A stretch of DNA of 64,000 nt from Candidatus Levyibacteriota bacterium. GTDB taxonomy: Bacteria; Patescibacteriota; Microgenomatia; Levybacterales; UBA12049. Of this stretch, positions 1-10,203 are shown piece by piece (position 1 is the stretch's first letter; each line of letters begins with the position of its first letter). Below the pieces are notes generated by a model. That model was given only the letters and a program-made list of their open reading frames with translations. It made no database searches and was not told the DNA's origin. Location: positions 22,234 to 86,233 of the forward strand of contig JBPOIT010000007.1 in NCBI GenBank assembly GCA_052034235.1. Reading direction: 5' to 3'. A program made the translations under genes and the position numbers.

Positions 1-884
1 CAAAAGGGAGATTAAAAGGTGTTAACTACACATTTGAAAAGAACACACATACTGGGACTGAAACACTTATTATTGCAGCATCACTTGCAGAAGGGAAGAC
101 AACACTTGAAAACGCAGCTCAGGAGCCTGAAATTGACGAACTTATCGAAATGCTTAATGGCATGGGTGCAAAAATTAAACGCGTTGAACCAAGAAAAATT
201 GAAATTGAAGGTGTACATGTCTTACATGGAACTGAATTTACTATTGGCGCTGATAGAAATGAAATCGTAACATTTGCTATTGGTGCGATAGCGACAAAGG
301 GTGATGTTTTTATTGAAGGAGCTCATAAAGAAGGGCTTGAAGAATTTTTAACTGAACTCGATAATGTTGGTGGTGGGTATGAAATTAAGGAAAACGGCAT
401 ACGCTTTTACTATAAAGAACCTTTGCGGGCAACAGATATAACAACATCACCATATCCAGGTTTTATGACAGATTGGCAAGCACCTTGGGCAATGCTTATG
501 ACACAAGCGACTGGTTCATCAATAGTTCATGAAACTGTTTTTGAAAGTCGTTTCGGTTATGTAAAGGAACTTGAAAAAATGGGAGCAAAATTTAAAATGT
601 TTAATCCCGAAGTTGCAAATCCCGAGACCGTGTATAACTTTAATATTGAAGATAAAAAAGATGGAGTCTTTCATGCGATTTCTATAAAAGGACCTGCCAA
701 GTTACATAGTGCATTTGTGGCAATATCGGATTTGCGAGCAGGTGCGACACTCGCAATTGCAGCTCTTGTTGCTGATGGAACGTCTCATATCACTGGTGTT
801 GAAAAACTCGATCGCGGATATGAAGCTTTTGAAACGCGCCTTACCAAACTTGGTGCGTCCGTAAAACGGGTTTCTGATAAATAA
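1..884 (+). CDS. murA: UDP-N-acetylglucosamine 1-carboxyvinyltransferase (MurA), 5'-truncated by window edge
   Basis: Open frame runs from position 3 with no start. Translation (...TETLIIAASLAEGKTTLENAAQEPEIDELIEMLNGMGAKI...DLRAGATLAIAAL...DRGYEAFETRLTKLGA) is colinear with the MurA family over the whole length; stop at 882-884. Confidence 0.9.
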   Translation, partial: KGRLKGVNYTFEKNTHTGTETLIIAASLAEGKTTLENAAQEPEIDELIEMLNGMGAKIKRVEPRKIEIEGVHVLHGTEFTIGADRNEIVTFAIGAIATKGDVFIEGAHKEGLEEFLTELDNVGGGYEIKENGIRFYYKEPLRATDITTSPYPGFMTDWQAPWAMLMTQATGSSIVHETVFESRFGYVKELEKMGAKFKMFNPEVANPETVYNFNIEDKKDGVFHAISIKGPAKLHSAFVAISDLRAGATLAIAALVADGTSHITGVEKLDRGYEAFETRLTKLGASVKRVSDK

Positions 885-886
885 CT

Positions 887-1624
887 ATGGAGCGATCATT
901 AGGTGCAGTTATTTTAGCTGCTGGCAAAGGTAAAAGAATGCAGGCTAAGCAACTTAATAAAGTTGCAATGCTTTTAAACAATAAACCTATTATTTCCCAC
1001 GTATTGGATGTTTTAGAAAACATGCACTTAAAAACGGTCGTTGTTGTCGTCGGGTTTGCGAAAGAATCAGTTATACAAATTATAAAAAATCCAAATGTTG
1101 TTTTTGCTGAACAGAGTGAACAGTTGGGTACAGGACACGCAGTCCTAACAGCGCTTTCAAAAGTGCCAAATGAAATAACAGACATACTCGTCATCCAAGG
1201 CGATGATTCATATTTTTATAACGAAGATTTGTTTACTCAACTCTCGAAAAAGCACTTTACAACCAGCGCAGCAATGACGTTTTTGACAATTCAGGTTGCA
1301 AAACCTGACGCACTTGGTAGAATTGTGAGAGACGAATATGGTAATGTTGTTTCAGTAGTTGAAGAAAAAGACGCAACTGATGAAATCAGGATGATTTCTG
1401 AAATTAATCCAGCATGTTATATCTTTAATATTACTTTTCTCAAAAAATATTTGTCTAAGATTGAAAAGAGTCCTGTTACAGGGGAATATTATTTAACGAG
1501 TCTTATTGATATTGCACTACAAAATAAGGAAAAAGTTGAAACCGTGCAAGCAGGATTTATCCCGTGGAGAGGGATTAATACACCAGAAGAATTATCTGAA
1601 GCAGAAAGATTGTTTACACATTAA
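887..1624 (+). CDS. sugar-phosphate nucleotidyltransferase (GlmU N-terminal-domain-like)
   Basis: N-terminal G-rich loop AVILAAGKGKRM typical of the nucleotidyl-transferase fold, 245 aa. Start lies 3 nt after the murA stop. Confidence 0.55.
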   Translation: MERSLGAVILAAGKGKRMQAKQLNKVAMLLNNKPIISHVLDVLENMHLKTVVVVVGFAKESVIQIIKNPNVVFAEQSEQLGTGHAVLTALSKVPNEITDILVIQGDDSYFYNEDLFTQLSKKHFTTSAAMTFLTIQVAKPDALGRIVRDEYGNVVSVVEEKDATDEIRMISEINPACYIFNITFLKKYLSKIEKSPVTGEYYLTSLIDIALQNKEKVETVQAGFIPWRGINTPEELSEAERLFTH

Positions 1625-1626
1625 GT

Positions 1627-2082
1627 ATGGAAAATAGTGAATTTATCATTGAAAAATTAGAAGAAGCTACACCCGAGAATGCCGAAATAATAAGAGGCTT
1701 AGTCGCGCAACTAGGAAGTAATTATAAAGAAATTAGTAATAAAGATTTTGAAGCTATGATTAACGCTTCGTGTAATCATCTGTTTGTAGCAAAAAACAAG
1801 AATAACATTGTTGGCATGGTTACTGTAATCGTTTATCGTATACCTTATGCTAAAAAAGCTTACATTGAAGATATCGTTGTTGATGAATCATTCCGCCAGA
1901 TGGGGCTAGGAAAACTTTTATTAGAAAAAGCTGTTGCATTTGCAAAAGAACAAAAAGTTGCATACGTACAATTTACTTCCAAAAAAACCCGGGAAGCTGG
2001 TAATGCACTTTATAATAAACTCGGCTTTGAGATTCATGATACGAACGTTTACAGACTGAACTTTTCTTATGAGCAGGAATAA
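1627..2082 (+). CDS. GNAT family N-acetyltransferase
   Basis: 151 aa with an acetyl-CoA-binding motif-A-like segment (RQMGLGKLLLEKAV). Tightly packed after the previous gene. Confidence 0.55.
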   Translation: MENSEFIIEKLEEATPENAEIIRGLVAQLGSNYKEISNKDFEAMINASCNHLFVAKNKNNIVGMVTVIVYRIPYAKKAYIEDIVVDESFRQMGLGKLLLEKAVAFAKEQKVAYVQFTSKKTREAGNALYNKLGFEIHDTNVYRLNFSYEQE

Positions 2083-2551
2083 AAAAATAGTTTTATTTGA
2101 TATTGATTATACTATCCTTGATACAGATGTTTTAAAAAAGAGTAACCTCGCAAAATTTGAACTTTATAAAGAAGTTTTAGAAACTTTTTCTCAGTTGAAA
2201 GAAGTTGCAGATTTTGGTATTTTTTCTGAAGGAGATATTGCATTTCAAAAAAAGAAAATGCGTGAGACCAATATTGAAAAATATTTTCTCGAAGAGCATA
2301 TTCATATTTTTGAGAAGAAGAACGACGAAATAGAAAATTTGTTGAAAAAATATGATCCAAAAGGATCGTTATATTTTGTTGATGACAAATTATCTGTTTT
2401 ACATCTTGCAAAATCAATAGAACCGAATGTCTTTACGATTTGGGTAAAGCGAGGAATTTACGCCCTTAATCAAAAACCAATCACAGGATTTAATCCGGAT
2501 GCGACGGTACTATCACTCCATGAGATAGTGCCCCTTATTGCAAAGGAGTAA
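2069..2551 (+). CDS. HAD-superfamily hydrolase-like protein
   Basis: N-terminal FDIDYTILD (DxD/DxT HAD motif I) and C-terminal FVDDK (motif IV-like). Confidence 0.45.
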   Translation: MSRNKKIVLFDIDYTILDTDVLKKSNLAKFELYKEVLETFSQLKEVADFGIFSEGDIAFQKKKMRETNIEKYFLEEHIHIFEKKNDEIENLLKKYDPKGSLYFVDDKLSVLHLAKSIEPNVFTIWVKRGIYALNQKPITGFNPDATVLSLHEIVPLIAKE

Positions 2552-2562
2552 TTATATGACAT

Positions 2563-3753
2563 ATGGGATTACTTTTTATTTTAACAAGCAGTTTATTCTT
2601 CCTCTGGGCAATTAGAGATATCCTTTTTTGGTTATGGTTGTGGCAACACAATGAATATCGTGCGGATAGATTTCTGGCTGATCTGAGAAAAAGGAAACCC
2701 CGAATTACCGGTTTTTCTCCAGTATTGGGAGTCATGACGGTAATGTTATTACTTTCTTATGGAATCTTTATTTTCTACGATTCGTATTTGCTCTATTATC
2801 ACATTACCGTTGCAGCATTTTTTGCGTTGAAGATGCTGTTTATCGGTAAAGAAATATATAATAACCGTTTAAAGAAACCAAGACTTGATTTTTCTGCGCT
2901 ACTTATTATTTGCCTCTCAGGGTTAACAATTGTTGTAATTTATATTTTACAACTCATGGATAGCTTCTTTTGGCTTCTTTTCATTGATTCATTGGTGCCC
3001 TTTATTATTGGATTCTTTGTCCTCGTTTTGTCAGTACCTTCAGAGGTATTTGGTGATTGGAGAACTGAACAGGCTTTAAAAAAATTACGTAATAATCCTG
3101 ATCTATTAATCATCGGTGTGACAGGCAGTTATGGTAAAAGTATTGTCAAAGATATTATTGCCCAAGTATTAAGTTTGAAATTCAAAGTGATGAAAACTCA
3201 TGGTTCAGATAATACGCTTGTTGGTATTTCTTCGACAATACTCAAACATTTAGAAAGTGATACAGAGGTTTTTGTAACAGAAATGAGTGCATACAAAAAA
3301 GGAGAAATAGCTGCCCTTTGTCGATATGTTCGACCCACAATTGGGGTACTAACAGGTATAAATAACCAATACAAAAATTTGTTTAAAACGCAGGAGAATA
3401 TAACCAAAACGAATTTTGAACTCGTTGAATCTCTTCCAAAAAAAGGTTTTTGTGTTTTTAATGGAAATAATAAATATACAGCTCAGCTTTATAAAGCAAG
3501 TAAAAAGCAAAAGGTGATCTATTCAACTGAGCTCTCAAAACATTTTGTTCCTAATCCCGATATAAAAGCATTTCAAATTACGCAGAAAGCAAAAAAAGTC
3601 ACCTTTAACATTCAGTTTCGAGACACGTCTTTTCAAAATATTTCTTTGCGAGCAGGCTTAAATGTTGAATATGTTCTACCAGCGATTTACATTGGCTATC
3701 ATTTAGGCATGAGTGAAAATGAAATTAAAAAAGCTGTGGGTCAACTAAAATAA
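2563..3753 (+). CDS. Mur ligase family protein with N-terminal polytopic membrane domain (MurF-position; C-terminal domain absent)
   Basis: The first ~160 aa are strongly hydrophobic (4-5 TM segments). A Mur ligase central-domain P-loop follows (IIGVTGSYGKS). The ORF stops ~235 aa after the P-loop, without a Mur ligase C-terminal domain. It sits directly upstream of mraY. Confidence 0.5.
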   Translation: MGLLFILTSSLFFLWAIRDILFWLWLWQHNEYRADRFLADLRKRKPRITGFSPVLGVMTVMLLLSYGIFIFYDSYLLYYHITVAAFFALKMLFIGKEIYNNRLKKPRLDFSALLIICLSGLTIVVIYILQLMDSFFWLLFIDSLVPFIIGFFVLVLSVPSEVFGDWRTEQALKKLRNNPDLLIIGVTGSYGKSIVKDIIAQVLSLKFKVMKTHGSDNTLVGISSTILKHLESDTEVFVTEMSAYKKGEIAALCRYVRPTIGVLTGINNQYKNLFKTQENITKTNFELVESLPKKGFCVFNGNNKYTAQLYKASKKQKVIYSTELSKHFVPNPDIKAFQITQKAKKVTFNIQFRDTSFQNISLRAGLNVEYVLPAIYIGYHLGMSENEIKKAVGQLK

Positions 3754-3799
3754 AACTCATGTTTTGCACGCATGAAGCAAATGGGGTATAATTCAAGCC

Positions 3800-4804
3800 A
3801 TGGAACAATTACTTGGATTATCTATTTCGTCTTTCATCATAACTGCCATTCTGCTCGTCCCCTTTATTGATTTTCTTTACAAAGTAAAACTGCGCCGCTC
3901 TAAACAAGTCACAAAGGACATGTTTAACAATAGAACTCCAATGTTTGATAAATTTAATTCTTGGAAAGTTGGAACACCATTTGGTGGAGGTTTGCTTATT
4001 ATTCTCATTGTCACTATTTGGTCATTCTGGGCATATGGTATTTTAAATGTCAAAGTAAAGCCTTGGGAAATCTTTGTCATATTTTTCTCGTTTATTAGCT
4101 ACGGCATGCTTGGATTTTACGATGATTTTAAAAAACTCACAGGCAATAAAAGCGGCTTCTGGGGTTTACGTTTCTATCATAAATTCATCATCCAATGGAT
4201 TCTGGCTATCATAATTGCTACCGTTTTTTATGTTCAGTTGCAATATTCATTTATTTTCATTCACGGTTTAGGGACCCTAAATATAGGTGCTCTTTTCATT
4301 CCATTTGCAGCATTCGTTATTGTGTCATTTGTGAATGCATTTAATATAACTGACGGACTAGACGGTTTGGCAACCGGGCTTCTTCTTATTTGTTTGAGTG
4401 CCTTTCTCGTTATTAATTCAGCACAACTTGATCAGGCGCTTGGTATTTTTCTTGCAATTCTAATGGGAAGTATCGCTGCATTTTTGTATTTCAATATTTA
4501 TAAAGCACGTTTGTGGCTTGGGGATGTTGGTTCATTAGCCTTGGGTGCTGCACTTGCAGTTACGGGTTTATTAACAGGTAAAGCATTGGCACTGGTTATC
4601 ATTGGAGGATTCTTTGTTGTGGAGATTGCTTCGTCACTTATTCAGCTTCTTAGTAAACGTTTCTTAGGTAGAAAATTGCTTCCAGCAGCGCCTTTCCATT
4701 TATATTTACAAAAAAAAGGTTGGGAAGAACCAAAAATTGTTATGCGTGCATGGATTATTGGTTTCTTCCTCGCAATTGTTGGAATTTTTATAGCTTTCGT
4801 GTAA
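3800..4804 (+). CDS. mraY: phospho-N-acetylmuramoyl-pentapeptide transferase
   Basis: Polytopic membrane protein of 334 aa with the conserved MraY C-terminal region (GDVGSLALGAALAV...); canonical dcw position before ftsW. Confidence 0.85.
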   Translation: MEQLLGLSISSFIITAILLVPFIDFLYKVKLRRSKQVTKDMFNNRTPMFDKFNSWKVGTPFGGGLLIILIVTIWSFWAYGILNVKVKPWEIFVIFFSFISYGMLGFYDDFKKLTGNKSGFWGLRFYHKFIIQWILAIIIATVFYVQLQYSFIFIHGLGTLNIGALFIPFAAFVIVSFVNAFNITDGLDGLATGLLLICLSAFLVINSAQLDQALGIFLAILMGSIAAFLYFNIYKARLWLGDVGSLALGAALAVTGLLTGKALALVIIGGFFVVEIASSLIQLLSKRFLGRKLLPAAPFHLYLQKKGWEEPKIVMRAWIIGFFLAIVGIFIAFV

Positions 4805-4825
4805 GTCGCATAAGAGTACTGTCCT

Positions 4826-5962
4826 ATGAAACGATTTGATATCGTCCTTTTTTTTACAATTGTTTTATTAACGCTTTTTGGCCTCTTTATGGTGTATGAC
4901 GCTTCTTCTGTTCTGGCCTTTAATGTCTACGGTGATAAGTATCAATTTATAAAAGACCAATCTTTGTGGGCAATTCTCGGTTTTACAATGCTCTTTATCA
5001 CGTACAGGATTGACTACCACAAATGGTATTTACTTGCTTTACCTGCATTAATTATTGCTTTGGTGTTGTTATTGTTGGTGTTTGTGCCAGGTATTGGTGC
5101 TGGGGCCAAAGGAGCGAATCGGTGGATTAATTTGGGTTTTGGAACACTTCAGCCAGCTGAATTTGTGAAATTGTCACTCGCAGTTTATTTGGCTGCATGG
5201 TTTTCTCATAAAGAAAAAGGAAGAGTAATGGCATTTCTTTTATTGTTAGGAGCCGTAATGTTGTTGGTTATGATGCAACCTGATATGGGAACTGCGTCAA
5301 TTATTTTATTTGAAGCTGTTACTATTTATTATCTTTCCGGGGGTAATATTTTATATTTCTTTCTAGGTGCACCTGTTGTCGCGCTCATTGGTTATATTTA
5401 TATCATCCTTGAACCATATAGACTTTCACGTCTGACGAGTTTTCTTAATTTGAATGGTTCTTCTTTTGATGGCGTGTCTTATCATGTCAAACAAATTCTT
5501 ATTGCGCTTGGTTCTGGAGGAGTCGTTGGTTTGGGTATTGGAAATTCCATACAAAAATATGCATATTTACCAGAAAATGTAACTGATTCAATTTTCCCGA
5601 TATTTGCTGAAGAATTTGGATTTATAGGTTCTTGTATTTTGATAGGCGTTTATACGCTTCTTATCTGGAGAGGTTTTTTCATTGCTTCCCGTGCCAAAGA
5701 TGCATTTGGAAAACTTCTAGCAGGAGGGATTGTCTCGTTTATTGGAATTCAGGCGGTTATCAATCTTGCTGCTATGTCAGCACTTGTTCCTCTCACCGGT
5801 GTACCTCTTCCATTTGTCTCATACGGAGGATCAGCTCTCGTTGTTGATCTTGCTTCAATGGGTATTCTTCTCAATATTTATAGACAAAGCTCTCATCATG
5901 AATTAGCCACGGCAGGTTTTTCCCTGAAAAAGATTATAAAAAAGCATAAAAGGAAGAGATAA
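4826..5962 (+). CDS. ftsW: SEDS-family peptidoglycan glycosyltransferase FtsW/RodA
   Basis: 378-aa polytopic membrane protein with SEDS signatures (...PDMGTA..., ...GVPLPFVSYGGSA...), located between mraY and murG. Confidence 0.8.
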   Translation: MKRFDIVLFFTIVLLTLFGLFMVYDASSVLAFNVYGDKYQFIKDQSLWAILGFTMLFITYRIDYHKWYLLALPALIIALVLLLLVFVPGIGAGAKGANRWINLGFGTLQPAEFVKLSLAVYLAAWFSHKEKGRVMAFLLLLGAVMLLVMMQPDMGTASIILFEAVTIYYLSGGNILYFFLGAPVVALIGYIYIILEPYRLSRLTSFLNLNGSSFDGVSYHVKQILIALGSGGVVGLGIGNSIQKYAYLPENVTDSIFPIFAEEFGFIGSCILIGVYTLLIWRGFFIASRAKDAFGKLLAGGIVSFIGIQAVINLAAMSALVPLTGVPLPFVSYGGSALVVDLASMGILLNIYRQSSHHELATAGFSLKKIIKKHKRKR

Positions 5963-5990
5963 CCTGCAGTTTTAGTGATATACTAAGTAT

Positions 5991-7178
5991 ATGAAACTGC
6001 TCATCGTTGTGGGAGGAGGAGGTCATTTTGTTGCTGCATTGGCTGTCATACAACAACTGCCAAAGCATTGGGAAATATTGGTAGTTGGACGCAAATATGC
6101 GTTTGAAGGTGAAACTGCTCTCTCTCTTGAATATCAAACATGTCAAAATCTCGGCATTCCGTTTACTAGCATTTCAACAGGAAGGCTGCAGCGTAAACTT
6201 TCTACACAGACAATTGCATCACTTTTAAAAATACCCGGAGGGCTTTTAGAATCTGGTCAACTGCTTTCTCAATTCAAGCCTGATATCGTTCTCTCCTTTG
6301 GTGGTTACGTTTCGTTTCCTATTATTTCTGCTGCTGCGTTGCAGCGTATACCAATTGTGCTTCATGAACAAACACACCATGCAGGCCTTGCCAATAAATT
6401 TGCAGCCAAGTTTGCGGCAAAGATTTGTATATCATGGCCTGATTCTTCAAAATTTTTCCCTCAAGAAAAAACTATTTTGACAGGCAATCCGCTACGAAAA
6501 GAATTTCTTGCTGCTCAATCTTTTAAACCACCTCATCCCGCCCACGCGATGATAAAAAAAGTTTTACAGAATCTTCCCAAAGGAACGCTTGCAATTTCAA
6601 ATAAAAAAACACCAGTGATTTATGTGACTGGTGGAAGCGCAGGTGCCCATGGGATTAACATGCTGCTTGAAGGTTGTATTGAGCGTTTATTACAAAAATA
6701 TAAAATAATTCATCAAACAGGTGATTCACAGGAGTACAAAGATTTCGATAGATTGAGTCAGCTTCGTGAAACTTTACCTGAAGCTTTGCAAAATCGCTAC
6801 GTGCTACATAAATTTATTGAGACCGAAAAGGTAGCAGATATTTTAACTGAGGCTGATCTCGTTGTCGCAAGGTCGGGGATTAACACGGTAACTGAGCTTC
6901 TTTTTCTTGGAAAGCCAGCCCTGTTTATACCTCTTCCGTATGGTCAGCATAATGAACAACAAACGAATGCGGCATTTGTGAAAGAATTAGGTATGGCAGA
7001 AGTTGTTGATCAGCTTACGATCGATGCTATTTTCTTGCAGACACGTATCGAAACAATGATTCAAAATCTCACTATTTATAAACAACATGGATTAGAAGCG
7101 AAATCTCTTGTCAAAAAAGACGCTGCGGAACAAATCATTGCCGTTGTTAACCAAGTCTATGACCAAACGATTAACTAA
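5991..7178 (+). CDS. murG: undecaprenyldiphospho-muramoylpentapeptide beta-N-acetylglucosaminyltransferase
   Basis: N-terminal GGGGH motif (VVGGGGHFVAALAV) and GT28-family C-terminal domain; dcw position. Confidence 0.85.
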   Translation: MKLLIVVGGGGHFVAALAVIQQLPKHWEILVVGRKYAFEGETALSLEYQTCQNLGIPFTSISTGRLQRKLSTQTIASLLKIPGGLLESGQLLSQFKPDIVLSFGGYVSFPIISAAALQRIPIVLHEQTHHAGLANKFAAKFAAKICISWPDSSKFFPQEKTILTGNPLRKEFLAAQSFKPPHPAHAMIKKVLQNLPKGTLAISNKKTPVIYVTGGSAGAHGINMLLEGCIERLLQKYKIIHQTGDSQEYKDFDRLSQLRETLPEALQNRYVLHKFIETEKVADILTEADLVVARSGINTVTELLFLGKPALFIPLPYGQHNEQQTNAAFVKELGMAEVVDQLTIDAIFLQTRIETMIQNLTIYKQHGLEAKSLVKKDAAEQIIAVVNQVYDQTIN

Positions 7179-7608
7179 CATTAATAAGCTTAAGCGTAAT
7201 AACAAACGGAGACTTATTGTGTTTTATAGTATGATAGTCGCAACAAGTTTACTTTTTGCATCAGGTATTGCATGTATTCTTGTTCTTCAATCACAGTCTC
7301 CAGTTCTTATTAGCCCAGTGCCTGTTTTTAAGGCATTAGCAAATGGTTTGCACGAGGATGAACATGTCCGGGAGATCAAATCGCTTCTTAAAGAAAAATC
7401 GATTAGTTATTCTACTGTAGAAAATACCGATTCTCTTTATATAATTGAGTTAGAAAATGGGTCTGAAGTGACTTTATCTGCAAAAAAAGATATAATAATG
7501 CAAATCTCCTCTTTACAATTTATCCTTGCACGGCTTACAATGGAAGGTAGGCAATTTCGGAAGCTGGATCTGCAGTTTGATAAGCCAATAATTGTTTTTA
7601 AGGAGTGA
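7159..7608 (+). CDS. FtsQ/DivIB-like small cell-division protein (putative)
   Basis: Single N-terminal TM (IVATSLLFASGIACILVL) followed by a short periplasmic domain. It sits between murG and ftsA where ftsQ is expected. The start is ambiguous (7159, 7231, or the track start 7108). Confidence 0.35.
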   Translation: MTKRLTNINKLKRNNKRRLIVFYSMIVATSLLFASGIACILVLQSQSPVLISPVPVFKALANGLHEDEHVREIKSLLKEKSISYSTVENTDSLYIIELENGSEVTLSAKKDIIMQISSLQFILARLTMEGRQFRKLDLQFDKPIIVFKE

Positions 7609-7666
7609 AATTGCAACATAAAGGCGTGAAGACGCAAAGTTTTTTGCGTGGATACCAAGGGGAAAT

Positions 7667-8950
7667 ATGAGTAATGAAGGGAAAATACTAGTCGCAATAG
7701 ATGTAGGAACTTATAAAGTTGTAACTGTCATTGCGAAAGTAACTGAAAATATAATAAACGTCCTCGGTGTCTCCGAAGTCAAGTCCGCTGGAATTCGTAA
7801 AGGACAGGTAGTAGACATTGAAGAATCAGTTGGTGCAATCAATGCATCACTTGAATCCGCCGAACGTATGGCGGGTTTTTCTGCATCTCATGTTATCGTT
7901 TCAATTGGCGGCAGCCAAATAGAATGTCAAAACTCACGCGGTGTCGTCGCTGTATCTACACCTCAGGGAGAGATTAGTTCAAGTGACCTTGCTCGGGTTA
8001 TTGATGCCGCAAAAGCTATTTCATTGCCATCAACACGTGAGATTATTCATGTACTCCCTCGTAATTACATTGTCGACGGTCAGGAAGGTATCAAAGATCC
8101 GGTTGGAATGTCTGGAACGCGTCTTGAAGTCGATACTCATATCATTACCGCCAATAGTGTCTCAGTCAGAAATCTTGAGAAAGCGTTTTCTGAAGTTGGA
8201 GTTGATGTCGACAGTTTCTCATTTAGCGGCTACGCAAGTTCACTTGCCGTGCTTTCAGATACTGAAAAGGAACTTGGTGTTATTTTGGTCGACATCGGTG
8301 CTGGGACAACTGATATTTCTATTTACACCGAAGGGTCAGTTGCTTATTCTTCAGTTCTTGCAATCGGCGCACGTCATGTCACCAATGATTTAGCAATTGG
8401 TCTTCGTATTTCCCTTGAAAGTGCCGAAAAGATAAAATTATTCTTCTCACAAGATGCAGGCAAACGGTTGGTTCCTATTGAAGGAGAAGAGAAAAAACCA
8501 AGTGATGAAGTAGATTTATCGCCACTTAATCTTCCTGAAGAAATTAAAAAAGTTTCACAAAAGACGCTCGTTGATGGCATCATCAAGCCCCGTCTGAATG
8601 AAATCTGCACGATGATCGGTCTGGAAATTAAAAAGAGTGGTTTTGCAGGCCAATGTCCAGCTGGCGTTGTCTTTACAGGTGGAGGATCGCTCACCGTTGG
8701 TCTTAAGGATGCTTCTCGCAGAACACTTGCTATGCCTGTCAGAATTGGCATGCCTCATGATGTAAAAGGAATTATTGATGAAGTGCAGCACCCTGCATTT
8801 TCAACTGCGATCGGCCTTATTCACTATGGACTTGCAAACGGCATCTCCCGAAGCGCATCATCATCACGATTCAACATGCCCAAAGGCATGGGCGGCGGAT
8901 CAAAACTCGTCAAAAAAGTCCTCAACCTCATCAAAACATTTATCCCTTAA
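7667..8950 (+). CDS. ftsA: cell division protein FtsA
   Basis: Actin-like ATPase motifs (ILVAIDVGTYKV; DIGAGTTDIS; VFTGGGS); immediately upstream of ftsZ. Confidence 0.85.
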   Translation: MSNEGKILVAIDVGTYKVVTVIAKVTENIINVLGVSEVKSAGIRKGQVVDIEESVGAINASLESAERMAGFSASHVIVSIGGSQIECQNSRGVVAVSTPQGEISSSDLARVIDAAKAISLPSTREIIHVLPRNYIVDGQEGIKDPVGMSGTRLEVDTHIITANSVSVRNLEKAFSEVGVDVDSFSFSGYASSLAVLSDTEKELGVILVDIGAGTTDISIYTEGSVAYSSVLAIGARHVTNDLAIGLRISLESAEKIKLFFSQDAGKRLVPIEGEEKKPSDEVDLSPLNLPEEIKKVSQKTLVDGIIKPRLNEICTMIGLEIKKSGFAGQCPAGVVFTGGGSLTVGLKDASRRTLAMPVRIGMPHDVKGIIDEVQHPAFSTAIGLIHYGLANGISRSASSSRFNMPKGMGGGSKLVKKVLNLIKTFIP

Positions 8951-9007
8951 ATATCTCCCTTGCATTCTCTAAGTACTTCTGGTAGGATTTGTCCAAGTAC
9001 CTAAACT

Positions 9008-10156
9008 ATGTTAATTCGTCCTCAATCTACAAATTTCGCAAAAATCCGAGTCATTGGTATCGGTGGTGGAGGTAGTAATGCGATTGGTTCTATGATTTCT
9101 CATGGTTCAATTGGTGGTGTTGATTTTGTCTCCATAAATACCGATGCGCAGGCACTGCTTCTCAATAAAGCTGAAACAAAAGTTCAAATAGGTGAGACTC
9201 ATACAAAAGGACTTGGAAGCGGTGGCGATCCTGAAATCGGTAAACAAGCAGCCGAGGAATCAGAAGAAAAAATCAAACATATGCTTGAAGGTTCTGACAT
9301 GGTTTTCTTAACAGCTGGTATGGGCGGCGGAACCGGAACTGGAGCCACTCCAGTTGTCGCTAAAATAGCCAAGGACGTCGGTGCACTCACTGTTGCTGTT
9401 GTTACCAAACCTTTCACTTTTGAAGGTACAAGGCGAATGGTCGCAGCTGAAGAAGGAATCGAAAACCTCAAAGATAAAGTAGATACACTTATTGTAATCC
9501 CAAATCAGAGAATTCTTGATGTCGTTGACCGCAAATTATCCCTGCTTGATGCATTTAAAGTTGCAGATTCAATCCTCACCCAGGGCGTTCAGGGAATTTC
9601 AGAAATCATTACCCAACCAGGTCTTATCAATGTCGATTTCGCCGATGTTCGCGCGATCATGTCAAATGCAGGATCCGCTCTTATGGGTATTGGCTCAGGG
9701 GTCGGCGAAAATCGAGCCCAGACAGCTGCCAGATCAGCAGTTTCCAGTCCACTACTTGAAATCAGTATGGACGGTGCAAGAGGAGTGCTTTTTAACATTG
9801 TCGGTGGTGCAGACCTTACGATGACAGAAGTTGATGAAGCAGCCAAGATCATTACCAGTGCAGCAGATCCAGATGCCAACATCATCTTTGGTGCGACCAT
9901 CGATGAAACCATGCACGACCAAATCCGCATCACCATCGTAGCAACAGGTTTTGATCAAGCCAAACAGCGCCTGCAGCAGTTTGTGATCAACAACGAAAAA
10001 GAAGAAGAAATACAACAAGCAACATCCCCAACAGACATAAACATCGTCCCGCCATCTGCACCACAAATGCAGCAGCCACAACAAGACGATCAAAAAGACA
10101 AAAAAAACACCGAAGACGAATGGGACATCCCCGCATTTCTAAGACAGAGGAATTGA
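9008..10156 (+). CDS. ftsZ: cell division GTPase FtsZ
   Basis: Tubulin signature GGGTGTGA ([14 protein letters not shown]), NAIGSMI and TDAQAL motifs; conserved C-terminal peptide [10 protein letters not shown]-stop. Confidence 0.95.
   Translation: MLIRPQSTNFAKIRVIGIGGGGSNAIGSMISHGSIGGVDFVSINTDAQALLLNKAETKVQIGETHTKGLGSGGDPEIGKQAAEESEEKIKHMLEGSDMVFLTAGMGGGTGTGATPVVAKIAKDVGALTVAVVTKPFTFEGTRRMVAAEEGIENLKDKVDTLIVIPNQRILDVVDRKLSLLDAFKVADSILTQGVQGISEIITQPGLINVDFADVRAIMSNAGSALMGIGSGVGENRAQTAARSAVSSPLLEISMDGARGVLFNIVGGADLTMTEVDEAAKIITSAADPDANIIFGATIDETMHDQIRITIVATGFDQAKQRLQQFVINNEKEEEIQQATSPTDINIVPPSAPQMQQPQQDDQKDKKNTEDEWDIPAFLRQRN
10127..10148 (+). repeat. ftsZ 3'-end core repeat, copy 1 (native end of ftsZ)
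   Basis: atccccgcatttctaagacaga is identical to 11245-11266 and near-identical to 63629-63649. Confidence 0.8.
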
Positions 10157-10203
10157 GTACTATTTTTCATCTATGCCAATATTGTATTCAAATAAAAGTT
10201 GTT

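Noticed and set aside
9199-10093. Several minus- and plus-strand ORFs overlapping ftsZ (9199-9471, 9516-9824, 9589-9936, 9752-10093)
   Set aside because: They are embedded in the strongly supported ftsZ gene and show biased low-complexity composition; likely non-coding shadows.
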